From contig NC_087436.1 in the NCBI RefSeq assembly GCF_036321535.1, positions 62,560,001 to 62,624,000 of the forward strand: 64,000 nt of DNA, read 5' to 3'. How positions within the stretch are numbered: the stretch's first letter is position 1; each line of letters starts with the position of its first letter. Below are positions 52,300 to 64,000 of this stretch, piece by piece. The translations under genes were made by a program, and so were the position numbers. Source of the DNA: Camelus dromedarius. Taxonomy: Eukaryota. Below the pieces are notes generated by a model, which worked only from the letters and a program-made list of their open reading frames with translations, ran no database searches and was not told where the DNA came from.

Positions 52300-53302
52300 T
52301 GTAACAAAATGTGACTTAAATTTGAAGTTCTTCAGGCAGAAGTAATATGTTATAGGTCAAACCTTGTATCTACAAAAAGAAATGAAGAGTGTTGAAAGTG
52401 CAGTATAATTTGTTTTGTTTAATTGCTTTAGCAATTGCTGATGGTTTAAAGCAATAAAAGTAAAAATGCATTGTATGTTTATAATGTACGTCAAAGTGAA
52501 ATATTTGACAATAGAGGTAAAAGGGACATAGGGAGGAATTAGAAATATACCATTCTAAGATTCTTACACTATTTGAGAAAAAGTATATTATTTAGAGATA
52601 GACTCAAGCTATTTTAAAGGTATATTTTTAACCCTTCTGGAAGTAATTTTTAAAGTTAATAAGATAGAAGCCTAGTCAAAAGAAGATATAAAGTGGAATC
52701 ATAAAAAACACTCAATTAACCCACAAAAGGCAGAAAAATGTTTGAAAAGAAACAACAAACGGTAAAGCAGGCACTATAGAAAAAATTTTGGTCATTCTTC
52801 AAAAAGTTAAACAGAATCACCGTAATACCCAACAATTCCACTCCTAGGTATATACTCCCACTTTTTGAAAAAAGGACTTGAAACAGGTATTTGCATGCCA
52901 GTGCTCAAGCACTATTCATAATAACCAGCAGGTGGAAACAACCCAGGTGTTCATCAACAGATCAATAGATAAAGAAAAGGTGGTATGTGCATACAATGGA
53001 ATATTACTAGGTTATAAAAAGAATGATGTTTTGATAGATGCTGCAACATGGATGAGCCTTGAAAATATTATGTTAAGTGAATAAGCCATACACAACAGAT
53101 GAATATTGTGTGACTTGACTCCACTGATATGATATATCTAGAACTGGCAAACTTATAGGGACAGAAAGTAGATGTTACAAAGAATAGGAAGGCAGGGAGT
53201 GGGAAGTTATTACTTAATGAATGGATATAGAGTTTCTGTTTAAGTGATGGAAACCTTTTAGAAATAGTGGTGATGGCTGCACAACATTGTGAATGTAATT
53301 AT
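52300..53302 (+). mobile_element. L1 fragments: ORF1-end/inter-ORF sequence (to about 52770), then an L1MB-like ORF2 end and 3' UTR
   Basis: caattccactcctaggtatatac, gcaacatggatgagccttgaaaatattatg and gtggtgatggctgcacaacattgtgaatgtaatt. Confidence 0.7.
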
Positions 53303-53304
53303 AG

Positions 53305-54045
53305 TTTTGACACCAATGACAATGTGTGGGGTTTTTCACTACACTAAGCAATTCTCCAATATCAGCTGAGTATCATTCAGTCCAACTCATTTCTGACACT
53401 GTCTACCTAGAGATAGTGTCAGATCTCACAGTTTAAAGGCTCAGCTCTACAAGCCCCACCCCGTCCCCACCTCGGACACCAATTGCAAGCCCATGTTGCT
53501 GCCTGTGCTTCTAGCCAACTGATTGTAGATCAGAGGTCCGAATGACCCCTTTCCTGGGTTTGATTAATTTGCAGAGTGGCTCATAGAACTCAGAGAAACA
53601 TTTTATTTACTAGATTCTCATTTTAGTATAAAAGGCTATAACTCAGGAGCAGCCAGATGGAAGAGAAGTATAGGACAATGTAAGGAAAAAACTCAAGGAG
53701 CTTTTGTGCCTTCTCCAAGCGCACCACTCTCCCAGCACCTTGGAAGCTCTCTGAACCCTATCTTTTTAGATTTTCATGTAGGCGTCATTGCAAAGGCATG
53801 ATTAAATAATGGACCACTGGTGATTGAACACAGTCTCCTGCGCCTCTTTTTCCCTGGAGGTCAGGAGATAGGACTGAAAGTTCAGACTTTATAATTAAGG
53901 TTGGTTTCCCTGGCAATAGCCAGGTTACCTAGGGACTTTCCGAAAGTCACCTTATTAACATAATAAATTACACACTATTGTTCTCACCACTAAAGAAATC
54001 CCAAGGATTTTAGGAGCTCTGTGCCAGGGACAGGATCTAAGGAAA
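53305..54045 (-). mobile_element. MER21-like LTR
   Basis: ttctgacactgtctacctagagatagtgtcagatc, caggagcagccagatggaagag and ttttaggagctctgtgccagg match reverse-complement MER21. Minus-strand AATAAA near 53602. Confidence 0.75.
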
Positions 54046-54089
54046 TAATAATAGCGGTAATGATGATAATGAAAATAATAGTAATACAT

Positions 54090-54900
54090 TGTAGCCCAAG
54101 TAATAAAATAACTATCCACGCATTCCTACTAACAAAAATAAATGATGAAAAAAATTAAAAGTGAGGAAAAGAGATAAACTGTTCCTAACAAAAATTTCAA
54201 TAATGGATTGGTAGGTGGGTAGGTAGGTAGATAGGTAGATAGATAGACAGACAGACAAAGAAATAGATAAACCCTCTTCTACATAGAGCTTAATTCTCCT
54301 CCCCTTGAGTGTGGGCTGGACTTAATGACTCTGTTACAAAATATCGAATATGGAATGGAAAAAATGGTAACTTTAAAGTGGAGAAAATTATCAGACACTC
54401 CCTTAGCCAAGTAATCAATATTCATATGACCAGTAGTAAGCAACATTGATGTCATATATACTTCACCTCTATGATGTTCTTTCCCAAATACATAACCTCA
54501 GTAAAATCATGAGAAAACATCAGACAAATACAAATTGAATGACTCTCTTAAAAAAATACTCGTATCTCTTCAAAAGTGTCAAAGTCATGAAAAACAAAGA
54601 ACAACTGAAAAACTGTCACAAGCAGACTAAGGAGAGATAATGACTTAATGCAGAGTTGTATCCTGAATTGTATCTCTGAAAAAAAGGAAAAAATGACTGT
54701 ACTAGAAAAACTAGTTGATATAAGAATAAATCTGTAGTTTAGTTAGTAGTATTACACTAATGTTGATTTATACTTTTGATAAATATACCATGACTATACA
54801 AGATGTTAATGTTAGTGTAATCAAGTCGAACGTTATGTGATAACTCTCTGTACTGACTTTGCAACTTTTCTGTAAATCTAAATTATTCCAGAATAAAAAT
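54090..54900 (+). mobile_element. L1MC/L1MD-like 3' UTR containing a (GGTA/GATA/GACA)n repeat at about 54210-54270
   Basis: cccttgagtgtgggctggacttaatgact, aatcatgagaaaacatcagacaaa and the terminal ctaaattattccagaataaaa. Confidence 0.7.
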
Positions 54901-55019
54901 TTGGCAAAAAACTTAGCAAACTTATAGTATAATAAGTTTTCATTATATGTCATTGTATTACATTATATATTGTGTATATGTAATATTATATATTATCCTA
55001 CAGTATAATAAGATTATAT

Positions 55020-56150
55020 TAACCTCCTGTTGTGATGAAATAAAACACAGCATAAGCTATACAATATTCTTAACATAAAAGCCTTGTCTCAATTATGAGA
55101 GAATAATAATAATCACCTCTAATCATGAGAAAAATAATAAATTAAAAGTAGACTTGACACATTCTACTAGACAACAGTTACAGGTTTGGGGGAAAAAGTC
55201 AATACCATGAAATATGGCCTTGAAATTAAAAAAGATTGGGAAGTATATTAATTTCCCAGGGCCGCCCTAACCAATTACCATAACTTTGGTGGCTTGAAAC
55301 ATCATAATTTTTCTCTCACAGTTCTGTAAGCCAGAAGTCAAAAACCAAGGTGTCATCAGATATGTCATCAGGACTACATGCTCCCTCTGTAGTCCCTTGG
55401 GAAGAACCTTCCTTGCTGCCTGCAGCATCTGGTGGCTCCAGCTACTCCTTTGCTTGGTGCTGAATCACTCAAATCTTTGCCTGTTTCTTCACAAAGCCTT
55501 TCATTTTACATGTTTTTCCCCTTCCGTGTCTTATGAGGACACTTGCCACTGGTTTTATTACCCACTGGGATAACTTAGGATAACCACTTGTCTAAATCTT
55601 TAGTTTAATTACATCTGAAAAAGCCTTTTTTCCCCCCAAATAAGATCACATTTACATTTATGTATTCTGGGACGTCAATATATGGAGCCAACATTCATTT
55701 CACTAAGGACACGATATCCAAGAGATACAAAAATCACATGCAGTGAGTTACACTTGGTTGGATTATGGATGAAACAACTTAAAAAGACATTAATGGAACA
55801 GTTGGGAGATTTTTATATGGACTGTGCCTTTTAGATTTTATTTGTTGTATCATGATGTATTGACTGTGATACTTTTGTTAAATGGGTGAATGCATGGGTT
55901 CTTAGTGTTTACATGCAGATATACGTGAAATTCAAATGATGTTTGCAACGTACATTCAAGATAGCAAAGAAATATAGGAGTTTCTGTGCATGTATCAAAT
56001 AGTGATATAAAGTAATGAGAGAGAGAGAATAATAAAAGACTATGGTAAATGTTAACAATTCAATAAATCTAATGAAAAAATACACTGATTTTCATTGTAT
56101 TCCTCTTGCAATTTTTTGTAAATTAAATTATTTTTAAATAAAGCATTTTA
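55020..56150 (+). mobile_element. Ancient L1ME-like 3' UTR split by an MLT1 insertion
   Basis: ctctaatcatgagaaaa, gacattaatggaacagttggg and the terminal ttttcattgtattcctcttgcaattttttgtaaatt...aataaa. Confidence 0.5.
55243..55706 (-). mobile_element. MLT1B/C-like MaLR solo LTR
   Basis: ttcccagggccgccctaacc...ctcacagttctgtaagccagaagtcaaaaaccaaggtgtc, cttatgaggacacttg and ccaaataagatcacatt. Confidence 0.8.
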
Positions 56151-57371
56151 AAATACGTAATAATCAGTGATTTTCTATAAGTTTAGATCATAGAGAAGAG
56201 AACTGTGACTCAAGATTTAGAGGTCCAATATTCTTCCTCTACTACTAAAATTTATGTAGGTAACAATCTTAGGAATTAAGTCTACTTACAAAAGCTGACT
56301 TCTCCCACTAAAATAGATATTGTTAAATATTACATGAAATATATTTCTTTGTTAAGTAAATAATATTTTAATGATAACTGAAGAATTATGTGGGAAGATT
56401 TACATATCTAAGCAAACAACGTTAAATGTGAAATATTAAGGTTTAGGTGTTCATAGAAAATCATGCAGAAGATAGTGAATCTGTCAAAAAATGTTCAGCT
56501 CCTTTTGGTTTTGCCAATAATATATCAGACTTACTCATCTATAATAGTGTTTGAGAATCCAGAAAATTACAAAATAAGGCTCATTTCTCAAGATAGAAAA
56601 TTAAATAGCTCCAGGGATAGGTAGATCAGTGTTACTCAGTCCCTGGATGTATATAATTGTCTCCTTTGTTGGACACAAGGCAACGTACCAAATGAACAGT
56701 TAGAGAATTGTAATTTATATCACTTGATTGTGTCACTTTTTCACATTCAAGGAATTTGCTGAATTTATTTTAAGGCATGACTGCAGGTACACTAACATGG
56801 GACTATAAGGCAGTAATTACCAACTGAAATGTTGTATGTAGGTTTATTCGTGTATGTGTGTGTGTTAAAGTATGCTTTAGAATTCCTGAAACAATTTGTT
56901 TTTGATTTATGAAGGTCACTAGTGAGTATATAGATCAAAGTTTGACTTGTTTTCAATAAGCATATTGATTAGTCAATCAATAGCAAAGTGCATTTCAGAA
57001 TGCAGTTCTAAAGGTCCTCGGAAACACTTTCTTTGGTGGTATGTCAGAAACATACTACCCTAACCACAGAACAATTTCTTTGAAATTATGTCAAGATCTG
57101 GTATCTAAAAGAGTACAGAGAATTATAATTTTTTTTTTCGAAAAAGTGTCTAATAATGAAAGTAATATTTTTTTCTGTTAAAGAGTTTATTATTATCATT
57201 CTTGGTGTTCTATAGCTTTTTATTCTGTCTAATAAAAAATAAGTAAGTTGGAATTATTTGATATTATCCTACTTAACAAATATACTAGAGCATGTATACC
57301 CAAATTTATGCTAAAGCACTAAGGTACCTATACATGTCACTCACTCTTTTCTTCCTTTATTGTTTATTTCA

Positions 57372-57729
57372 GTGTGATAGAACATGGTGATCCAGAGCAC
57401 AGATCCCCTACGGGGATGGACTTCTGCCTCTGCTCCTGGAAGGGTCATCTGCAGATTTCCCTCAGCTATTTCCCATGATGAAACTGCCTCAACTGCCATT
57501 TCACCATGAAGCAGGACAATCATGAATGGATGTCAGCTCTTAAGCTCTCAGTAAGGCTAACCAAGGATTTAATGGGGCTTCTTTTGCAGCTCAACTTTCC
57601 CCTCTGCTCAATTCTGCCCCCCCCAATATCTCTAAACACACAGGTATTGATTCCATGGGCTCTTAATAAGCATCTTACATGCTGAATTGTGTTCCTGAGT
57701 CTACTTTTTGAAGAACCCAGTGTACAACA
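57372..57729 (+). mobile_element. LTR16-like solo LTR
   Basis: cagctcaactttcccctctgctcaattctgc...cttaataagcatcttacatgctg...gaacccagtgtacaaca is homologous to the reverse complement of 1321-1480. Confidence 0.65.
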
Positions 57730-57964
57730 GATATGTTAAAAACATGTTAAAAATTTTTGAAATGACTGATTATACTCATGAAAAGTTATCCCAGTTTTTT
57801 ATAATAGACTTGGGTTATTCATTTTAATTTTAAAATTGTTTTAAGCCCTAAATTGTATTACTGCTTCATATGTGGAAATATTTAATTCTTTCAGGATATG
57901 AAGCTCTTGCTACTGAATCAGGATCTGGTATAACTTCATAGTGTTACCACAACATGTCTAAGAA

Positions 57965-59503
57965 CTTAGGGGCTTCTGCACACCATCAAAATGGGACAAC
58001 AAGGCCTGGACTTACCTTCCCAATTAAAACAATCATAAAACCAAAGAAAACAAAACAAAACAGGTAAAATTGGAAATAGTGGTTTTCAAGACATTGGACA
58101 TCAGGCATTGAAGGAAGATGATTCCTGAGAGATGGGAAACAACAGAGACAGCCTTACCATTGCTAAATTTACTTCACTGAGGTAGTTTCCAGGCTATAGT
58201 GCAAGAAGGAAGAAATGAAGTGAATCAAGCAGACTCTTAAAAAATTTATACGAACATCTCAGTAGACATAAATTCATTGTTTTACAAAATCCAACATCAT
58301 TTTTTGTAAAAATATTCAGCCAACTAGGGACAGTGGGGAAATTCTTCCACCTGGTAAACGCATCTATGAAAAATGTACAGCTCACATTATGCTTAATGAT
58401 GTAATTCTGAAATATCCCCCACTAAGATCAAGAAAATTACAAGAATCTCAACACTTACCACTTCTGTTTGATATTGTACTGGCAGCTGTATTCAGTGAAT
58501 AAGAAAAAAGAAATAAAATTCATCCAGATTGTAAAAGAAGAAATAAAACATGGTCAACTGTATAGAAAAATCCAGTGAGGTCTACAAAAAACTGCTAGAA
58601 ATAATAAATGTAACAAGTAAATTTAGTAAGCTGCTTGATGCAATACTACTATTTTAAAAGTTATGTTTCTATATATTAGTAATGAACAATCAAAAACTGA
58701 AAGTTTAAAAATGTCTTTTATGGTATGATCAAGAAATATGGAGCACTGAGGAATAAGTTTAATAAAACATATGAAAGATCTTTACACTGACAAATTATTT
58801 TGTAAAAAGTGATAAACTGATTCTAAAGTTTATATAGCTGTTCAGAGGAGCTAGGATATCCAAAACAACTTTGAAAAAGAAGAGTAAATTTAGAAGACTT
58901 TCTGACTTTTAGACTTACTATAAACCTGTTCTCATCAAGATATTGTGGAAATGATATAAAAATAGGCAAATAGATCAATGGAATAGAATATCAAGCCAAA
59001 ATATACCCACACAGATCTAAATAGCTTATTTTTATTCAGATTACAAAGGCAATTTCAATAAATGATGCTGAAACAATTAGATACCCATATGGGAAAAAAA
59101 AGAAGAAACTCCAAAACATATCTCACATTTAATACTGAAATTAACTAAACATGGGTTGTCACCTAAATGTAAGAGCTATACTATAAAATTTTTGGAAGGA
59201 AATATTGGGGAAAACCTTTGTTACTTTTGTATAGGCAATATTTCTTATACTCAACTCTAAAAGTACAATCTGTAGAAGAACAAGCTAATTAATTGAACTT
59301 CATCAAAATTAAAATTTTCTGCTATTTCAGAGATTCTGGTAAGAGAATGAAAACTCAAGTCACAGGCTGGGAAGAAATATTTGCAAACTAAATATTTGAT
59401 AAAGGACTTTGAGTATTCAGAACATACAAAGAACTGCAAAAAGTCAATAATAAGAAAAAAAAAATAACCCAATAAGAATGGACAACAGATTTGAAAAGAT
59501 TCA
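57965..59503 (+). mobile_element. Ancient L1 (L1MC/MD-like): 5' end joined near 58250 to a decayed ORF2 RT-to-C-terminal segment
   Basis: The 5'-end-like ggttttcaagacattggacatcaggc...ttcctgagagatgggaaac is followed by ORF2 motifs (acaaaatccaaca, atagatcaatggaatagaata, gggaagaaatatttgcaaa). Confidence 0.75.
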
Positions 59504-60755
59504 CTTATTGTGAAGTGACAGTTACTGGATTCCACATAATGCTGATGGAATACCATGACAGTGGATAAGGCATTATGAAAGTCCACAGATGGCAGTTTTG
59601 GCCAAAGCATTGTGTGCAGGGGTGGAAAATTCATATCCAGGGTGAGTATCTATTCTGTTAAGGACAGAATGCTGATCCTTTCCACAATGGAAATGATCCA
59701 GTGTAATCAACTTGCCACCAGATTTGTGGCTGATCATTTTAGAGAGTAGGGCCATTATCAGGGAGTCAAGGTTGGTCTCTGCTGCTGATAGATTGTGCAC
59801 TTGTCAGCAACCATGGCCAGGTCAGCCTTGGTGGGTGGAAGTCCATGTTGCTGAGCCCGTGTATAAGCCTAATTTGTATCACCATGGCCACTTTGTTCAT
59901 GAGCCCATTGGGCAATGACAGACATGGCCAGGCAAAGAGCCTGACTGGTAACCAGAGAATGGGTCATCCAACCCACTTGATTATAAAAATCCTTTTGTGC
60001 TGAGGATCCTCTTTGGTGAGCATTCATATGGGACGGAAATAGCTCTGTGTTTTTTGCCCACTCAGAGAGGTCCATCCACAAACTTCTTCCCCAAATTTCT
60101 GTGTCACCAGATTTCCAGTCATGTTCCATCCATGTACTTGACCATCAAACTAAACCATGGGCTGCCGCCCTGGAATTGGCCATTATCCTTCAAGTGAAGT
60201 GCAAACTTAGGTGAGCTGCTCAAAGTTCTGCCCACTGGGAATATTTTCCTTCACCATTGTTCTTCAAGAATGTCCCAGAAAACGAGTGGTAGTGTTGCCA
60301 CTCTTCACTTTCAGGTGGTGCCAGCATGTTGTGTAGGACCATCTGTAAGCCAGACTCAAGTCTTATCTTCCTCTGACAAATGATCACAGGGAGTTCCCCG
60401 TGAGACCACAGATGTAGGCTTGGAGAGAGAAGATAATGCAGCAGGAGTGGGGACTTTGGTCATTTGGGCCACTTCTTCACATAACTTACTTTTGCTTTCA
60501 GGGCCTGCTTGGGTCCAAACATGTATTTACCACTTCCATTTGATGGTGGAGTGCTGCTGTGTGTGTGCAAACTTATGGATTGGTGAGTTAGATAATACCC
60601 AGCTTCTGATAAACAGGTCAGGCCCTATAATAACTTGGTGGCCTGTGGTTATATACCCAGTCTGTACTAAAGTTGCAGGTCAAGAGCTGTTTCTCAAAAG
60701 AAGAGTAATTATTTGCAGAGGATGGAAGGGCTTTAATCCAAAATCCTAAAGGCCT
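59504..60755 (-). mobile_element. ERV-L pol fragment (tether, RNase H, integrase N-terminus and core), without LTRs
   Basis: Minus-strand peptides WLTDG, GEGKYSQWAEL, IWGRSLWMDLSEWAK, AQWAHEQSGHG and WQVDYTGSFPLWKG match ERV-L RNase H and integrase motifs. Stops and frameshifts are present. Confidence 0.88.
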
Positions 60756-60877
60756 AACATAGGCTCAGTAGAACAAAGAAAGAAAATAACCCAAACACGC
60801 ATCAGTGTTTCTACATCTCTTCCAGCATTTTAGTCATGCATATTTGATCAGTTTTCATTATTATTCCTATTTTGCAA

Positions 60878-60914
60878 TTTTTGAGATATAATTAACAAAT
60901 TAAATTGTGCCTAC

Positions 60915-60946
<32 letters not shown>

Positions 60947-63900
60947 ACAACAAGATGGTGATTTGATGTATGTATACTTTGTAAAATGATTACACAATAA
61001 CCCTACCACAGTCAGGCTGATTTATGCATTCATCACTTCAGATAGTCACATTATAGGGGTGTGTGTGTGTGTGTGCGTGTGTGTGTGTGTGTGTGTGTTT
61101 AAAATGCTTAAGGCTTACTCTTTTAACAAGTTTCAAGTACACAGCCAAGTGTTATTAACTGTAATCACTGTGCTGTGCATTAGATACCCAAAACTTACTC
61201 ATCTAATAACTGGAGGCTTATGTTTAACTACTATTTCAAAATCTCCCTCAGCCCCAGCCCTTCATAACCACTATTTAACTATCTGTTTCCATGAGTTCAA
61301 GATTTTTTTAGAATCTACATATAAGTGAGATTATACAGTATTTGTCTTTTTCTGTCTGGCTAATTTAACTTAGCAAAATGTCTTTTAGATTAGTCCATGT
61401 TGCTGCAAGTGACAGAATTTCTTTCTCATGGCTGAATAATATTCCATTGAATATACGTATATATTGATCTTGACATGCATGATATATGTCTCACATATTT
61501 ATCAATTCTTCCATTAACAATGCTTAAAATTGCTCCATATCTTGGCTGTTGCAAATAATGCTTCAGTGAACTTTGGAATACAGATATCTCTTAGATACTG
61601 ATCTTGTTTACTTCAGACCTATAACCAGAAGTGGGATTGCAAGATCATGTGATAGTTCTATTTTTAATTCCTTAGGGAACCTTCATACTCTCTTCATCAT
61701 GGCTGTTACAATTTACATTCCTACCAGCCTTGAATGGGGGTTTCTCTTCTCCACATCCTTGACACTACTTGTTATTAGTTGATTTTGGATAAGAACTATC
61801 CTAAGAGGTGTTTAGATCTTGTCTCATTGCAGTTTTGAATTGCACTTCCCTGATGATTAGCTATGTTAAGCACATTTTCATGTAGCTACTGACCATCTGA
61901 ATGTCTTCTTTAGAAAAATGTCTATTCAGGTCCTCTGCACATTTTTGATTGGTTTATTTAGTTTTTTCCTATTGAGTTGTGTAGTTTCTTTATATCTTTT
62001 GGATATTAGCACTTTATCTGATAAGTGCTTTGCAAATATTTTCTCCTGTTCCATAGATTATCTTTCATTTTATTGAGTGCTTTCTTTGCTGTGGGTATGT
62101 TTTTACTTTGATGATCATAGTCCAATTTGTTATTATTATTATTTTTTAAAATTTTCTTGCCTTTGCTTTGGGTGTCATATCCAAAAAATCATTGTCATGA
62201 TCAGTGTCAAGGAGCTTTATCTCTATGTTTTCTCCTAGGGGTATTATGGTTACAGGGTTTAGATTTAAGACTTTAGTCCATTTTGAAATAAATTTTGGAA
62301 GGATGTAAGGTAGACGTCCACTTTCAGTCTTTTGTGTGTGAATACCCAGTTCTCCCAACCCCACTTGTTGAAGAGGCTTCCCTTTCCTCATTGTGTGTTC
62401 TTTGCTCCCCTGTCATGTGTTACTTCCATGACTTTATATCTGGGTTCTCTATTATGTCCCATCAGTCTCTGTGTCTTTTTTATGGCAGTACCATACTGAT
62501 ATGATTACTGTATCTTTGTTATACAGTTTGAAATTAGGAAGTGTAAAGCCTAAAGCCTTTTCTTTCTCGAAATTGTTTCACCTGTTCAAGGTCTTTTGTG
62601 GTGCCATTTGAATTTTAGGATTGCATTTTCTATTTTTTGTAAAAAATGACAGTGAAATTTTGATAAGGATTGTATTGAATCTGTAGATCTCTTTAGGTAG
62701 TTTACACATTCTTTTAAATATTAATTTTTTAATCCATTAACAGAGGATCTCTTTTTATTTGTTTCTCCCTCAGTTTTTTTTTTTTTTTTTTAATGTGTTA
62801 TAGTTTCTAGCGTATGGGTCATTCACTTCCTTGGTTGAATTTATGCTTAAGTATTCTGTTGTTTTTGATGCTATTATAAATGGGATTGTGTTCTTTATTT
62901 CTCTTTCTGATAAGTTGTTGCTAAGCATATAGGGATTCAACTGATTTTTGAATATTGATTTTGTGTACTGCAACTTTACTGAAATTGTTTATTAGTTCTA
63001 ATGGATTTTTGGTGGTGTGTTTTAAGTTTTTCTATATATAGTATCCTGTCATCTGCAAACAGTGACAGTTTTACTCTTTCCTTTCTGACTTGAATGATTT
63101 TTATTTCTTTTTCCTTCCTAATTTCTCTGAGACTTCCACTGCTATGCTGAATAAAAATAGAAAGAGTGGGCAACCTTGTCACTGATCTGCATGAGAGAGT
63201 TTTCAGCTTTTCATCATTGAGTATGATGTTAACTGTGGGCTTGTCATAGATAAGCTTTATTTTGTTGAGGTGTGTTCCCTCTATACCCACTGTATCAAGA
63301 GTTTTTATTATAAATGGTTGTTGAATTGTGTCAAATGCTTTTGCTGCATCTATTGAGCTGATTATATAATTTGTATCCTTTGTTTTATTAATGTGGTGTG
63401 TCACATTGTTTGATTTGCAGCTATTGAGCCATTCTTGCATCTCTGGATCATGGTGTGTGATCCTTTAATGTATTATTGAAATTTGTTTCGCTAATGTTTT
63501 GTTGAGGATTTTTGCACCTATGCTCGTAAGGGATATTGGCCTATAAATTTCTTTTCTCTTGGCATTCTTGTCTGGTTTTGGTATCAGGGTAGTACTGGCC
63601 TCATAAAATGAGTTTGGAATTTCCCCTTTTCCTCTGTTTTTTGGAATAGTTTAAGAAGGATTGATACGAATTCTTCTTTCTCCTTTATTTCTGAGGGACT
63701 GTTTTGCCAGGTAAAGTATTCTTGAAGGGGAGGGATTCTCTCAATTCTGCAAAGCCATGCCTGTTATTGACAGCCCCTGTTTGCTTTCATAGGATAGTGC
63801 TGAATGCTCAGGGTTTGTGTGCTTTGTCCCAATCCTATAGAGTCAGGCGGGCTTCCTGTGCATGCTCACTAGCCATCTACAAAGTCTCATACCCACTGCC

Positions 63901-64000
63901 CTTAGGAGTATGCACAGGAAGCAGCCATATTGTGGGAGTGTGTAGGGGAAGGATGCACAGAGCACTGCCCATGCCCACAGTTGAGGATGGGGGTGGTCCA
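60878..64000 (-). mobile_element. L1 (L1MA-like): 3' UTR, ORF2 RT to C-terminus, a 50-bp ORF1 remnant, and 5'-UTR-like sequence running off the window
   Basis: ORF 62976-63440 has SIDAAKAFDTIQQPF and LSLFADD (RT). Minus 63675-63724 encodes RILYLAKQSLRNKGER (ORF1 C-terminus). GC-richer UTR-like sequence follows 63725. Confidence 0.9.
61059..61098. repeat. (GT)~20 microsatellite with one interruption; a second (GT)n lies at about 60918-60946
   Basis: Directly visible, inside the L1 3' UTR. Confidence 0.95.

Noticed and set aside
1321..57729. The two LTR16-like LTRs as ends of one provirus
   Set aside because: They are in opposite orientation and 56 kb apart. The first element's internal region extends leftwards, out of the window.
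62976..63440. 154-aa reverse-transcriptase-like ORF with FADD as a functional or novel RT
   Set aside because: It is a fragment of a frameshifted L1 ORF2 with a disrupted QGCPLSP motif and no intact ORF1 or endonuclease domain.
1..64000. CRISPR array, operon, retron or other prokaryotic system
   Set aside because: No regularly spaced direct repeats and no gene-dense coding sequence. The content is mammalian interspersed repeats.

Overview
This is AT-rich, CpG-depleted eutherian genomic DNA, most likely camelid: it carries a tRNA-Ala(AGC)-derived Vic-1-type SINE, and I see no Alu, B1/B2, Bov-tA/BovB, PRE-1 or SINEC. I can support no intact protein-coding gene, rRNA, functional tRNA or CRISPR array. 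ORFs with recognisable homology are decayed LINE-1 ORF1/ORF2 or ERV-L gag/pol fragments; the rest look like chance or low-complexity ORFs. Roughly half the window or more is interspersed repeat: about 12 L1/HAL1 pieces, ERV-L internal segments, LTR16-, MLT1-, MER21- and MER110-like LTRs, L2, MIR, MER20 and microsatellites. The most interesting structure is in the retroelements: two twin-priming (5'-inverted) L1 insertions, several internally deleted L1s that keep a 5' end, an LTR-less ERV-L pol segment fused antisense to an L1 ORF2, and a short L1 tail with a perfect 15-bp TSD. The LTR elements are biased to the minus strand, hinting at a + strand host transcript. A few unique segments carry enhancer- or CTCF-like motifs. 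I found no convincing previously undescribed biological system. Subfamily names come from remembered consensus sequences and need RepeatMasker/Dfam confirmation; boundaries of old elements are approximate.
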